DNA of 64,000 bases from Lama guanicoe (lineage: Eukaryota): NCBI GenBank assembly GCA_013239625.1, contig MU053594.1, positions 522,355 to 586,354 of the forward strand. Reading direction: 5' to 3'. The notes beneath the pieces are model-generated. The model worked only from the letters and a program-made list of their open reading frames with translations. It was not told where the DNA came from and ran no database searches. Below are positions 63,181 through 64,000 of the stretch, one piece after another (position 1 is the stretch's first letter; the number at the start of each line of letters is the position of its first letter). A program made the position numbers and the translations under genes.

Positions 63181-64000
63181 TAGGAAGGGAGGAGGGAGGG
63201 AGGGAGGGAAGATGGCTGTATTCACACATTACACTGAACTAGCATTTATGTTTTACTTGTTTATCTCTCCCTTTAGACTGCCACGGCTTTGGGATGGTTC
63301 ACTCTAGTGCCCTAGCCAGAGGCCAATGGCTCCCTCTGCATAGTAGAGGTTCAATATATGTTTATTGAATTTAATCAAACACAGCATCTCTGCCCCCAAT
63401 GACTCTCAGAGTGAAGAAGTTTATTTGCAGAAACCTTGGGGAACAGGTTGATACCCGTTCTGGTACCCGCATCACCTGCTTCCTACCTCCAGGCGTTCTT
63501 GATTAGCGGAAGCACCAGTTGTGACAGGAATTTAAAAAAAAGTAATAAGTTCCATTTGATCAGGGGTGAGAAGTATGTCAGGAGGGCTAGCTACGGGCTG
63601 CCTCTACCCCTCTGCCCTAAGCAGGCGGAGCTGGTCTCCCTGTCAGCCTGCCTTACACACTATACCCAGACACACAGGTGTTCACTGAAGATGCTGGGAA
63701 AGAGAAGCACCCAGTCATCGCGAGAACTCTGGGAGTTCACTGACAGCCTGGGGAATGCTGATGGAAAGGACTCACCGGGATCAGGAGTACCTGGCTTTGT
63801 CCACTTGCGGGAACCTGTTTGCTTTCCCTCCTGGCCCCATCACTCAGCCTCAGCTTCCCAAAGAGAAATCGTCACTTTGAAGCCATGTCCTGAGAGCGTT
63901 TCTCTACCGCGGACCCATCTGGTGCTATCCAGCTGTGATCCCCTAGAAGAGCTCTCTGTGCTAAAAACCACAATTGTTCAGGCTCCAATAATTAATTGTG

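Noticed and set aside
1..64000. CRISPR arrays, operons or prokaryotic defence systems
   Set aside because: The sequence is mammalian; no regularly spaced repeat-spacer array or dense coding structure is present.

Overview
Mammalian genomic DNA, very probably camelid: it carries tRNA-Ala-derived Vic-1-type SINEs and several copies of one young L1 3' tail. Much of the window is interspersed repeat (L1, L2, MIR, MLT1, ERV solo LTRs, MER5A/MER58A). I see no intact protein-coding gene, and the supplied ORF track looks like chance ORFs. The main observation is a heavily decayed, intron-containing (unitary-type) pseudogene of an ionotropic glutamate receptor on the minus strand, about 50.45 kb to 37.5 kb. 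Eleven exon remnants run colinearly through the amino-terminal domain (ATD), S1, M1-M2, M3, S2 and M4, most resemble the delta receptors GluD1/GluD2, and several keep splice sites in GRID-like phases. It is far too compact and divergent to be GRID1 or GRID2 itself, so it may be the fossil of an iGluR gene lost in mammals. These alignments were made by eye against remembered sequences and need computational confirmation. Secondary observations: a retroposed intron-containing pre-tRNA-Ile(UAU) fragment, paired Oct/Sox-like motifs, a CTCF motif, a solo LTR and nested L1 insertions. Repeat family names and repeat boundaries are approximate.
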